A stretch of 63,773 nt of DNA, the filler included, from Lenisia limosa (Eukaryota; Protista; Breviatea), in the NCBI GenBank assembly GCA_001655205.1. It is 16 parts of 16 records of this genome, joined end to end, with 100 filler letters (N's around TTAATTAATTAA, not from the genome) between each part and the next. Parts side by side here need not be neighbours in the genome. Positions count along the whole stretch, not along the records: positions 36,324 to 42,476 come from LPNZ01010231.1; positions 42,577 to 43,622 come from LPNZ01004089.1; positions 43,723 to 44,990 come from LPNZ01000203.1; positions 45,091 to 55,406 come from LPNZ01007104.1; 12 more parts are not named here. One strand, 5' to 3'. The translations under genes were made by a program, and so were the position numbers. Shown piece after piece: positions 36,324 through 48,267 of the stretch (positions are counted from its first letter, which is position 1; each line of letters opens with the position of its first letter). The notes beneath the pieces were generated by a model, which was not told the DNA's origin, did no database searches, and saw only the letters and a program-made list of their open reading frames with translations.

Positions 36324-38708
36324 CTTTGCTGAAACCAGTGCAAGTTTACCAAAAGCTGGCGGACTAAGCCTTCCAGCAAGAGCTTGGAGTCGAGGAAGAG
36401 CAAGAGACGTTTCAAGTTTCGATAATACGTTCTTGGGGAGAGCAGCCAGTAACTCCAGGTTGGCAAAGTCTGGAAGCGAGACCAGGTCAGTTAGATCAGA
36501 AACACCACTAAAAGAAGGCAAGTTTGAAGGAATCTCAAAGCCAGCCAATTTCGGTAGGTTCAGCGGGTTGGCTAACATGTCGGCTGAAGGAAGTTTGCCA
36601 AGACTGGCAGCAGCACAAGCAACTGAGGCAAAGCAGACCGGACCAAGACGAGTACTCAAGGCTGTTAACTGCGAGAATACAGGACCGGCTTTCAATGCTT
36701 CCAGTTTGGGTCGAGGAAGAGAAGCCAAAAAGGAGACGTTGGCAGGACCAGCGGCGCCTGGAGGAGTCGGAAGGCTCAAGCTTGACATTGACGACAGACC
36801 GCCAGGGAGACCAAGGTTTTGAAGAGACGACAACCCAGGAATGTCGAAGTTTGGCAATCCAGGAAGACCAGGAATATCGGGTAGTCCGTCAAGAGAAGGG
36901 CCATTAGCCAAAGAAGGAAGCCTCAAAAGACCAGCAATGTCAGTGAAGTCAGGCAGCTTTCCAAGGCTTGCTGCGGCGGATGCAATTCGTCCGAAAGAAG
37001 GCGGGTTGATCTTGGCTGCAAGTCCTTGGAGTTGTCCTAAACACCCAATATGGTCAAGTATCTTGATCTTGTCGGCAGGCAGCTTGAAGAGGAAGTCAAG
37101 ATTGGCCATGTCAGGAAGGGAAGCAAGTTTATCCAATCCTGGCAGTCCTGGCATTTCTGGCATTTCAGGGAGATTAGGAACGCTTAAGGAAGACATGTTA
37201 GCCAGATTCNNNNNNNNNNATTTTGACAGATCTGCAAGTTTAGGCAAGTGTGGTATTGGAGGCATTTCAATGGGTGGAATGGGAATTGAGGAAACCAAAG
37301 AAGCTGGTCTAAGCAGATTCGCACTTGTTGGCAAAGAGCCTAATGATAAACAATGTGCAGAAATCTTTGCAAAGGAAGGGGGACTGAGGCGCCTTGATAG
37401 CACAACCAAAGATTTTTTTAACTGAGGTGGGACTTCAATTCCGCGGGACAGAGCTCGGAGGAACTGAACATTCAACTTTGAGACCGGGGGGAAAGACTGA
37501 AGGGCGTCAAGAATGCCTTGAATTGGTAGGGATGGGAGAGGTGCAGCGGCTCCAAAGACAGAGGATAATTGAGAAAGTGATGCGACATCTGTGATATCTA
37601 CAAGTCCAGAAATTGATGGCATTTCTGGCATATTAGGAAGAGTAGGGACTCGGCTTAGCAAAGGAAGATCTTTCAAAGAAGGAAAACTTCTAAAAGCAAC
37701 ACAAGCCGAAACCAACTTCTCAAAAGATGAAGGGTTCAGAGTAGTTGAGAGAGTATGAAGCTTACTCAACACAGCTCCTTGAATGTTTAGCAGATGGGAA
37801 GGAGATAAATGGCTCAAATACGAAATATTGAGAAATTCAGGGGAAAGAGAAAGGTCTGAGATGGAAGAAATCTGAGGAGCAGAAATAGTTGGGAAGCCTG
37901 GCATCTCGCTTAAAGAAGGGAGATCAGATAAAACAGAAAGTCGGTTCATTTCAGGAAGTTTACCAACTGCTGCTGAAACAAAAACAAGTTTTGAAAACTC
38001 AGTACTGGACATTTTTGAAGAAAGCTGTTCTAATTGTTGTAAACTCCCAGAAGCTCTCAGAGAATGAAGGAGATTAGGGGAGATCTTTTCAAGAGTCAGC
38101 TTATTCATTTCAGAAAATGACATTGTTACAGGCTCAGGCTCATCATCCTCAATAATCAGCAGTGATTCATCAAAGTCAAGATGAACAATCTCTTCAACTT
38201 CACCTTTCGTTTCTTCGGGTTGAGGCTGTTCATCATCTTCAAAATCTTCAGAATAGACAAACAAAAAGTCAACAGTAGGATACTGTGGATCCGTAGACTT
38301 CAAAAGTATAGCATTTTCAATACTCATACTATCCTCAATATCGGGCATTTCTAAAGACGAAGCACAATCAGGCGTTGTGAAGAGAGGCAGTTCCTCAAAC
38401 TCAGTAGCACTAGGGATTCGCCCAAGAAACCAAAAAGCATTTACAAAAGCAGAAAATTCTCGGGGATTAATATGCTGACATAAGTACTCCAAAAAGACCC
38501 GACATTCAGGCTCTGCTTTGGAAACAGTATTATTGGAATTTAAATACTCAAAATTGAAATAGAAGATGGGTGATATCTTACCACTTTGCTCATCAGGAGA
38601 AGCTGACGGAGTGACAGCCATCATGCGCGCTGGACGCCCTTCAGAAGGACGGGGCTCTATTGGAGGATGAGGACTATTCATTATTCTTCTTAAAGGAAAA
38701 CATTCCAA
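36324..38708 (-). CDS. Long intronless ORF (at least 790 aa) with seven or more imperfect Leu/Pro/Ser-rich repeats, unknown family
   Basis: A continuous ORF, apart from a 10-N gap, in otherwise stop-rich DNA. The recurring core is L..L..L...l.P..F.ki...a.slGkLP. The 3' end is truncated at the linker. Confidence 0.88.
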
Positions 38709-39429
38709 TTCTTAAGAAGTCATAGGGAAAGGTGGATGGATCTGATGCAGTTGATGACTAGGACTAACGGGCTAACAGGGGGATGACAGGGGTGGGGGAG
38801 TGTCAGTAGTAGGCCTGGCGAAAACTGCAAAAAGCAAAAAGGGCAAATAAAAAGAATACACGGTCCGGGGGCGCCTTTCTGTTCTTTTTTTTTTTTTTCA
38901 GTTTTTTCAGTTTTTCAAGTTTTTTCAGTTTTTCAAGTTTTTTCAGTTTGTAAGTAATTGGAAATTGACCGCTTAGTTTGTTTTACTGATGGATGGCTGG
39001 GTTTGAAACAAGGGTTTGAAACAAGGGTTTATTGTATTTCTGTGGCAGGAGGAAGTCACGAAGGATATTAGAAAGGAATCAGTTCAGAACTGGCTAAGCA
39101 TACATCATTTCCATAATTGAAGAGCAGTGCTTACTATGTACCATCGACTCTTAAGTCGGCCATACAAACATAAAATGAGCTGAAAACAATGCTTCTTTGA
39201 TTGGATCTATTAACAAACTATCAATCAAGCACAACCTTCCCTAACATCCGCACCCATCTATCAAGCACAACCCTTTTACTCGCCCATGATGATTCAAAAA
39301 AAAAACAAGCTCCATCTGACCTACATAGGTCCAACACAGTGCCCCGAGGCCATGAAGCAAAATGGTAATAGAACGAGGAAAGAAAAGAGCGTATTTTTAC
39401 ATATATTATTTTGGTCCTTATTCCCTCAT

Positions 39430-39537
39430 TCTGTTTCAAAACTAAACAAAAATATAACAAAAATAAAACAAAAACAGAATTAATTCTGTTTCAAAACTAA
39501 ACAAAAATATAACAAAAATAAAACAAAAACAGAATTA
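39430..39537. repeat. Perfect tandem duplication of about 54 bp
   Basis: TTCTGTTTCAAAACTAAACAAAAATATAACAAAAATAAAACAAAAACAGAATTA occurs twice. Other small tandem duplications lie at about 5860-5945, 18280-18325, 30192-30256 and 34775-34858. Confidence 0.88.
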
Positions 39538-39823
39538 CATAGTAATTATCAAAATTCTATTAATACTATGTATATATATTATAGTATTACATATTATTAT
39601 TATTAATTATTTTTATTAATTATTATTATTATTAGTATTACTATTAAGAACTATTATTAATTGTGTTGTAATTCATCAATTAAATATTTAAAGGTAATAT
39701 CTAATACGATTATTACTATTTAAATCTATAATTTTAATTAATATTGTTATTATTTTTTTTTAATAAAGTATATAATTTAGAGTTGTTTTTTGCAATTGGT
39801 AAATGAAAAATTATATCTAAAAT

Positions 39824-41700
39824 TTATTTTTTTGATGCAGCCGCACCTTCCAAATAAGAAACTTTTCTTGCGTGAGATTCAACACGAGGATCGCTTCTAA
39901 GTTTGATTCGTGCTTGTAAACCGATTGCCTGATCTGCTGACAAATCCTCGCCCTTCATTATTTGCATGGACTGCTTGAATTCAATTGTTTCAGACATTGA
40001 TGGCGTTTCCAAAAACTCTGGATTTCCTGGAACTGGAAGATATAAATTTGGGGCCTCAGTTGGTGCATTCAAATTTGTTAGGTTAAACAAAGCGTTGAGA
40101 TATTGAAAAGTGACCTTTGGATACGCAACCTTGATGATATTTGACATTGTCTTTAAATTTCCCAAGAACCATAAACAACCCCTTACCAGGCCGTTTTTCC
40201 ATCACTGTTCTCGTATTTGTGGCCTTTACCCAATATTCTATCCCAATTCTTACCTGGAGAAAATGAGACGTAAATGGAGGTTCAGTCGCCAAAATTATTC
40301 CATCTCACAAGAAAAGAGTACTTTGTACCTTGATGGTGAGCCTAAGATAATTCCTCATACTTGCGGTGTAACATGGATTCTTGCAGAAAAGCTGACAAAG
40401 AACTTTTTTTAAGTAGCAAGAGGTCTTACTTACATCTGCATTGTGTAAAAAAACTCTAAAAAACTAGATTACCAACTGCTTTCATTGTTTTAAGAATTAC
40501 TACTTATCTCCACAATAGACAAGAAAGTTCAACAACCGCACGAAAGCAGATTGTTCTTTAACAGGAGAGATTTTTGAGAAGCCTCTAAACTTCATAATTA
40601 TGAGCAGCAGTTCTTTGATTGCATTTTACGATAATAAAAAATTTATTTCATTAAATGGTTGCACACTAAATTGCCAATTCTCAAAAACATCCAAAACAAC
40701 TGATTCCTTTACATTTTCATCATTCAATTGACACTATCACAACATCAGAGACAAATTTATACGAATCAACAGTTGAGTAAAATACGCGACTGAGTCCGCG
40801 ATTGAGGGAAGAAAGAAGTTTGTCCTTCCTTCATCTTACATCGCTTCTCCGGGATGAATTGTTTCAAAGAGACTTCTCTGAGGCTCTTGAATAAATCCAA
40901 TTGAACTTTGTAGCATTGTCTGCTGGAGTGGTTCCTTAGAGTCTGATGCTGTGGAGGCTGCGGACTTCTTGGCTGTGAGAGGTTGGCTTGAAGGAGGTTC
41001 ATATGACGACGGTACTGCAGGCCTAAAAAAATAATAAAAGAACAAAGCAGACAAAACAACGCAAAAAAAAATAACCACCAAAAAGCTCTCTCTGATAAAA
41101 CTCCTCNNNNNNNNNNNNNNNNNNNNNNNNNNNNNNNNNNNNNNNNNNNNNNNNNNNNNNNNNNNNNNNNNNNNNNNNNNNNNNNNNNNNNNNNNNNNNN
41201 NNNNNNNNNNNNNAATCAATCCCAAAACTAAGAAAAGTGCCGAAAAAGTTTTTTGTATCATGTTTTAATTGTCAGAGAACAGGCATGAATAAGAAAAGTG
41301 ACATTTGTTTTTATGTTTAATTGCTCCCAACAATTTCAAGGGAGAACAGCCTCTTTCTTCTTTCATTCCCAATAAACTGATTGATGTCTTTGCTAGTCTC
41401 TAGAAAGACCAACCAGACAATATTCAAAATTTAAGCATGTGAGTTTGTTGCTTGAACAAGGAAGGTTCCAATTCGTCTTACTCTTTCAAATGAAATGCTC
41501 AAGAAGAGCCTTTGCTTGTCTCCAGAAAGCCCCAGACAATATTCATGAGTAATAGTATTCTTATAAAATGCTCCAGTGCCGAAATTTGAAGGTTTGAAAA
41601 AATTGCTACCCCCATTTCTTGTTGGACGGAAATAAGCACCTACTCTCCCCCACAAGTCAGTCATCCCAATCAACTCCAGTAAAACAAAGCTTCTAGTCCA
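39824..41700 (-). CDS. Multi-exon gene or genes, unidentified
   Basis: Coding-like minus-strand ORFs 39824-40165 (ending LEGAAASKK*), 40083-40292 and 41431-41703. Confidence 0.45.
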
Positions 41701-41729
41701 CAAACCTGAAGTCAGGCGCCTGTGGGAGC

Positions 41730-42395
41730 CCTAATGATCCTTCCTGCGGACTCCATGATGGTTCCACTGAGAAAAGCAGTGAAAATTGCCTAAATAAACA
41801 AAAGAGGAACTTTTAAAATGACCCCAACAGCCTACAAGTATCTTCGTCGATTGGGACAGAGAGGGAAGGTTTTGCCTGCATTTGACAGCCCAGAGGCACA
41901 TCTCCAAATAGGTCACTTGCCACTTTCCACACTTCTTGCATTGATGCTCCTGATGTCGACATACACTCACAGGCTCTTGAGATATCTTCTGCAATCACAT
42001 CAACGGCTAGAATTGGTTATTGGATAATTGAAAAAGTACCGACTTTGATTCATTGCTTCCTCCATCATTTCAATAATCTCATCCGAAACATTTGATACAC
42101 CAAATTGAGAAAAAGCTTCAGTAACAACCTGCTTTAAGATGGAAGCTGAATACTCCTTGGGGGTTTCAAGGCTGACATTGGGAGTTGGCGGAAGCTCTTG
42201 AGCTTTTGAGAAGGCCTTGCGATCTTCACTATTTGTTGAAGTGACCGCCTCAAAAGAAAGCGGGTTCAAAAAATCTGGGTCAGGGATAAGAGGCAATCGA
42301 GCAGGCAGGGAGGCGAGTAACTGCGGATTATTCTCAAGCTCCTTCAAAGCAGAACAAGGCAATGATGCCATGATTTGGGCAATGTGGAAAGCCAA
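41730..42395 (-). CDS. Unknown protein, possibly with a TAF4-like histone fold
   Basis: DPDFLNPL ... ILKQVVTEAFSQFGVSNVSDEIIEMMEEAMNQS|RLMIAEDISRA loosely resembles the helix pattern of a histone fold. This is weak recall only. Confidence 0.3.
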
Positions 42396-42734
42396 ACAGA
42401 ATATGAGCTGTTGGGGAGAGCAAGGAGACAGGCGCTGGGAGGAGAAGGGTTGAGAGGGTTGGGGAAAAAAAAGGACNNNNNNNNNNNNNNNNNNNNNNNN
42501 NNNNNNNNNNNNNNNNNNNNTTAATTAATTAANNNNNNNNNNNNNNNNNNNNNNNNNNNNNNNNNNNNNNNNNNNNTGCAATTATCATCATCACCGCCGC
42601 CGCCGAAACCAGTTACCCCTTCTACTCCAGCAAAGGTGAGATGAGATGTTGGTGTTATTGTTATTGTTATTGTTAAATTTGTTATTGTTATTGTTATTAT
42701 TGGTGTTATGTGAATTAATATTACACTCACCTTG

Positions 42735-42918
42735 TGCTTCTGGCAAACAGAGTTGATTTTGGCTTTTTGTTTCACAAATTACTTATTTACCCCCCCTCCC
42801 CTCCCCGAATGGGAGAAGCGGCTTTGCTTGGCTTTGTTGTTTTGTGTTCAACCCTCGTGTGCTCTTGGCTATTAGGGTTTTTTCTTTCATATATTTTCCA
42901 TTTTTACTCCCTCCCACA
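42735..42918 (+). repeat. Two family C copies, the second ending at a splice acceptor
   Basis: AACAGAGTTGATTTTGGCTTTTTG...TTTACCCCCCC and CAACCCTCGTGTG...TTTTTACTCCCTCCCACAG|. Confidence 0.75.
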
Positions 42919-43023
42919 GGACCCACCCTCACAAGATCCATCTCCACCCCCAATTGAACCTGTTGAATCCATAAACCCTCCCACATCTTCACCAGCTTCT
43001 GAAGTTTGGGGGATGGGGCCCTA

Positions 43024-43119
43024 GGGCCTCCCTCCGGTCCGAAAAAGACCGTTGAAATCTCGATAGTTTTCGAGGATTTATCGAGAAATTCAGTCTTTTT
43101 TGGGACCGTAGGGAAGCCC
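43024..43119. mobile_element. MITE family A, subtype B, 96 bp
   Basis: TA|GGGCCTCCCTCCGGTCCGAAAAAGACCG...GGACCGTAGGGAAGCCC. Confidence 0.9.
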
Positions 43120-43469
43120 AGTAGGGAAGATGTGGTACTCTAGGGGGTTATTATTGTAATGTACTTCTTACCTCTTCTGGAGTATTTAGGATTGAGGAGG
43201 ACGGGGGTGAGGGATTATGTTCGGATTTGAGAAAGGAAGGTTATTTTGCTTCTCTGTCAAATAAGGGGGAAGGGGGCTCTCGTAATATATTGTAATTGGA
43301 GAGGGTAAGTCTTTTGTTTTCGCTTAATACTCTTGACCAACATGGTACAAAGAGTTTAAATTCTGTATTGTTATAAAAACACTTACAATCGCCTTTTCCT
43401 ACTTAATACTGTGTCTGAAATGGCGTTTTCATAATTGTCTACTTAAAGTGTCCAAGTTACTTCTAAAAT

Positions 43470-43560
43470 ACACTTCGGTTTGAAAAAGACTAGTAAATTA
43501 TCAATAGTTTTTGAGGATATATCGAGATCTTCAGTCTTTTTTTAAACCGAAGTGGAGCCC
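43470..43560. mobile_element. MITE family A
   Basis: CACTTCGGTTTGAAAAAGAC...AAACCGAAGTGGAGCCC|TA. Confidence 0.88.
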
Positions 43561-43722
43561 TAATCCTACTTCTAACTCCTTGCAGGAAACCCCCATACCA
43601 CCATCATCCCCCTATGAGGCCGNNNNNNNNNNNNNNNNNNNNNNNNNNNNNNNNNNNNNNNNNNNNTTAATTAATTAANNNNNNNNNNNNNNNNNNNNNN
43701 NNNNNNNNNNNNNNNNNNNNNN

Positions 43723-44990
43723 TCACAGCAGCCAACTCGTCAGTGGCCGGAGTGGACCTTCTTGTCACCATTCGCGGGGTTACGACCAATGGTTTACAGG
43801 TGTGCTGCCCGCAATGCGGTGTACAAGTAGAACTTCACTTCGGTTCAAAAAAGACCGGTAGCTTATCGGTAGTTTTCGAGGATTGTTCGAGAAATTCAGT
43901 CGCTTTTCGAACCGAAGTGAAGCCCAATGTAGACACACTCTATTTTGCATTTCAAAGATGCACTGAGCTTTGTAGCCTCAGGAACTCACCTCCTAGATGA
44001 ACGCCGGAGAGGCCCTGGTCCTGTCAGTTGCCTCAGGACCCTCATTGGTTGCAACAATATCCAATTCCACTGACATTGGCGGGGGGCTCTACACCGCGAC
44101 CGTTGCTCTGTACACAGCAGGCGACTACTTGGTCAATGTTCAGATACGCAACTTGGATGTAAAGGGGGTTGCACATATGGTATTATGTATCTTGAGGAGG
44201 CACGCAGAAAGCTGTGTGTGCAGAGTTGTAAGGCAAATGATTGGGTGCATTAATATATTACTATAATCCAATATCTCTTATAGCGTGATGGTGTGGACGG
44301 CTTCTCTCAGATACAACTTTATTTTTTTTCCCATTGCTATATAATATTTAATATCTTGGTGGGGGGAAACAATAACGGGATTTATTCCCAATGCTTTTTA
44401 ATTATTATACATGTATTATATGCATATCATATAGTATATTGTTTTTCAGCAACCCATTCACCCCTCCCCCCCAGGGTGACCTTCACACCGCATCCTCCGG
44501 TCCTCTGGCAGTGTCTGTAGAGGCGAATTTACCATCCCATATCACTTCAACCTTAGACAGCCCCTGGCCTCTGAGGTAAAAGGGCGTTGCTGGTAACGAA
44601 TACTACTTATCGACTTGTAAATTACTTTTCAAAAGAGTTGTTTCGCTGAATGTGTTTCAACTTCTTTGGTTCACCCCCCTAGGAACGTTGGAACACCCTT
44701 GGTCATTGCATTGATGGCAGTGGACGAGTATGGTAACAACTACCTTAAGGACGACGTTCACTTTGCCGTCGAAATCTACGAAGAAGTTTGGGGGGAATGC
44801 GAGAGGACGTCTAACTTAAGCCCGCATGATATTCCAATAAATACCCATGTGGTTTTCCTTACCCCCAAGGTGCCGCTTCGCGAAAATGTGCTCTGTGCCT
44901 CTGGAGTGGGAGGAGTGCCCTACATTTGTCCGGTCAACCACACCGACGCTGTCGGGATTACTTTGGATTACTCTATCACTGCCCCCGTGC
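43723..44990 (+). CDS. Filamin/ABP280 Ig-like repeat protein, fragment
   Basis: DIGGGLYTATVALYTAGDYLVNVQIRNLDVKG and VGTPLVIALMAVDEYGN match filamin-repeat motifs (D.gdGtY.v.y....aG.Y.v.V; G....f.i.a.D.yGN). Confidence 0.85.
43830..43925. mobile_element. MITE family A, in a filamin-gene intron
   Basis: TA|GAACTTCACTTCGGTTCAAAAAAGACCGG...CGAACCGAAGTGAAGCCC. Confidence 0.9.
44200..44342 (+). repeat. Dispersed repeat family B (~145 bp, SINE-like), most complete copy
   Basis: GCACGCAGAAAGCTGTG...AGGCAAATGATTGGGTG..ATCCAATATCTCTTATAGCGTGATGGTGTGGACGGCTTC...GATACAAC..TTTTT..CCCATTGCTATA. Confidence 0.88.
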
Positions 44991-45090
44991 NNNNNNNNNN
45001 NNNNNNNNNNNNNNNNNNNNNNNNNNNNNNNNNNTTAATTAATTAANNNNNNNNNNNNNNNNNNNNNNNNNNNNNNNNNNNNNNNNNNNN

Positions 45091-46351
45091 TGTAGCAAAG
45101 TTGATGCCGACATAGGGAGCCACACCCTGCAAATGTCAAAAAAAAAGCTTAGAAATATTTGAAAAGCGATAATATAGGAACATATAACCAGAAAGAACAC
45201 CCCGTCCCCCCATACGACGAGAGTGGGAACCAGGCCTTTGTAGAGTCCGAGAAGCCCGTCGGCCTTGATGATGCTGCGAACCGTGTCCGCGATCGTGGAC
45301 TGGGTCGAGACGCTGCGGAGGGTAACGATTATGACAGCCGTTTACGAAGTATTTTGAATAGGACACTACAGGAAAGAAGCTTATCAAAACAAATCACCCC
45401 CCCCCCCCNNNNNNNNNNNNNNNNNNNNNNNNNNNNNNNNNNNNNNNNNNNNNNNNNNNNNNNNNNNNNNNNNNNNNNNNNNNNNNNNNNNNNNNNNNNN
45501 NNNNNNNNNNNNNNNNNNNNNNNNNNNNNNNNNNNNNNNNNNNNNNNNNNNNNNAAGGAGACGCTCAACAGGCTTCAGCTGCGTGCGGCCGGAATGTCCA
45601 AGGAGAATCTGGGGGATGGGGTGAAAAATAAACAAAAAAAAAAGACTAGAAAGAGGAGAGAGGCTGTTAGCCTCCACGAGGAACACAGTGATCCCCCAGG
45701 TACCCTCTTAGAGACTTCGTAGGTGGCGAACTGAGTGGCTGAGTACGGGGCGATTCGGAGCATGTTGGCTCCATTACCCTTAAAGAAGCCCTGGAAAAGT
45801 GAGTAGGAGTTATTGCTCGTGGGAGGGGTTGCGGAAACATTCCGCATATTGATTGGTGTGTCACGTGCAAAAAGTTCAAAGAATAGCACAATTCAATTGA
45901 ATCTGAGAAGAAAAACCAGTATCCACAAACAGAGAAAATTGAAGATTGTTGATTCCTCACAAAAAAAAGATAATCTGAGAGACAACAAGAAGAAAAAAAA
46001 GTCCCCCACCAGAACGCCATCAGTTCTGAAGATCTCCTTGGTGACCTGCGAGAGAGACGAGGCTGGTCCGTGCTGAACCTGAAAATCGATTAGATATCTT
46101 AATCTTCCAGTAATAGATCGGAGCAGGCGTCAGAAAAGCCACCAACTTGGAGGACGATCTTGAGAAGTTCGAGAGGAGACACAATGGTCCTTGAAACTGC
46201 TCCAGCAATACCGCCAGCAGCAAAATGTCCGTAAGTGACGTCTATATGAGGTTAGCACGATCTCGGAGGAACTGAAACAAAACAAACCCTTAAACATAGA
46301 AGTCTTGAGAGTTTTGGTGATCATCATCGAGAGCGACTTGGATTGAGGCAT
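45091..46351 (-). CDS. Mitochondrial carrier (SLC25) family protein
   Basis: [27 protein letters not shown] (PX[DE]XX[KR] signature), [10 protein letters not shown]|[25 protein letters not shown] and [19 protein letters not shown]. Confidence 0.93.
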
Positions 46352-46982
46352 GAAAGCAAGGTGGCTGTCCCCAAAAATCGGAGACTGTAAATAAGCGAAA
46401 GATGAAAGGTGCATTGTGAGAGTTTTGGGAGGATGGATTGGGTGGGAGGGTACGCGTTGGGGGTTACAGAGACTGTTTGGAATGCATGGTTGTCGATTGG
46501 GCCATTGAGGCGCTCACTGTTCGCATTGAACTTAATGACTCAACGATAATAATATCTGAAGATTATTCATCGTTAATTGGGATATCAGGAGTCTTGTCTG
46601 GTTGAGCATTGAATTGCCCCAAAATAGATCTGCAAAGATTGGCAAAAAGCTAAAAGAGTGCCCGCTAATAAGGTTGATTACCCTAACTTCTCTATTATAT
46701 CAGCGTCGATGCAGATTATGTGGGATTTTTCTGGAAAATTTTCTACAAAATACTATGCAGCCGGAACGAATCGCCTTCCAATGGAATAGTACGGTCGCGC
46801 AAGTATTTAAATGAATTTTTCAAAATAATCATCAGTGATTTGGTATGAAAGGGAAGCTATTTATTGATTACTCATAATAAAATATTGTTTTTAGTTTATT
46901 TTCTAATGTAGTTTGTTTTTACTCCCCGGCTAGCTCCTCTAACTCTCTTTAGTGTTCTACAGCAGAGTTATAATTAAGCAGA

Positions 46983-48267
46983 ATGGCAGGTAAGATGACA
47001 AAGTTTCAATTTGTGTTTATTGTTCTCAGTTGTTCCTCGTAATTTCCGTCTTCTTGAAGAGCTTGAGAAAGGAGAAAAGGGTGTTGGAGGCGCTGACATG
47101 ACGATAAGGTCGGTTCATGGACTTTACCTTTTTGACCATTCCACGATTGAAAATGTTCCATCTTTGTTACGACTCAGTTACGGTCTTGCGAACAATGACG
47201 ACAGATATATGTGCAATTGGAATGGCACAATTATTGGCCCCCCCTCGGTAGTTCCAGTATTGTCTTTTCAGTCCCTTTGTTGTTTTTTTTTTATATAATT
47301 GTCTTACAAAACGTACATGGCATAATTTTGGATCCCATATGCTGGTTTTCCCCTTATTATAGATTCAATTCACACATGTCCGCTGACTCCCCCAGACAGT
47401 CCATGAGAACCGAATCTACTCACTCCAGTTTTACTGTGATAAGGATTACCCCAACAAGCCCCCCACCGTTTGCGGGGAACTTTGGACAGGATATAAGTTT
47501 GTCATTTTGTCATCATTTTTATTCCTTCTTTGTAGTAGACATATATAACAACATGCCTTTGTTGAATCTCTAAAACGTTTCACCACTTTTACCACATTTT
47601 CAATAATACACCAGCGCCTTATATATCATGTAATATATCATTTTGTATATGCAGGGACCGGGACAAGTCTTGACAGATTTGCTATATGCCTTTATATTAT
47701 GTTGTTCGTACGACTCCTCTTTTTGTCACCTGACATCCAGGTTTCTTTCCAGTCACGCGTGAACATGCCCTCAGTGAACCCTAAAACTGGAAGCGTGAGG
47801 GGGGGGGGGTGAATTGAAAAATAATAATTTTACTGCAAGCTCCCCCCCCCCNNNNNNNNNNNNNNNNNNNNNNNNNNNNNNNNNNNNNNNNNNNNNNNNN
47901 NNNNNNNNNNNNNNNNNNNNNNNNNNNNTCAGGCAGCTAGCCTTGCCTGTTTGAAAAACTGGAAGCCGGAATACACGTTTGTGGGGTATGTATGCCTTTC
48001 GCGGCCTCAGATGGAATTTGATAAGATATTGTGTATGAAATGGTTAATCGTTTTTTGTTAATAAGTTGTTCAATTTTCATATGTGTTTGAGATTTTGCAT
48101 TTCTGATTTCGCATATTGGTGCATAGAATTATGAAAATGCGAAGCCAACCACACCACAACAACCCTCACGCCACAGCATGGAGTACATTCTGAAGGAGCT
48201 CCGCAAGGAAATGATGCATCCCAACAACCGTCGCCTCAACCAGCCCCCCGAAGGCTCCACTTTCTAG
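46983..48267 (+). CDS. MMS2: Ubiquitin-conjugating enzyme E2 variant (UEV1/MMS2)
   Basis: [21 protein letters not shown]...[40 protein letters not shown] and final exon [26 protein letters not shown]. Confidence 0.96.

Noticed and set aside
36433-37594. Long plus-strand ORFs overlapping the 810-aa ORF
   Set aside because: They are antisense shadows of a Leu/Ser/Pro-rich minus-strand gene with few opposite-strand stops.
43743-44000. ORFs containing LHFGSK...VFED.SRNSV.FRTEVK (also 55049-55351)
   Set aside because: The apparent shared peptide is just the translation of MITE A.
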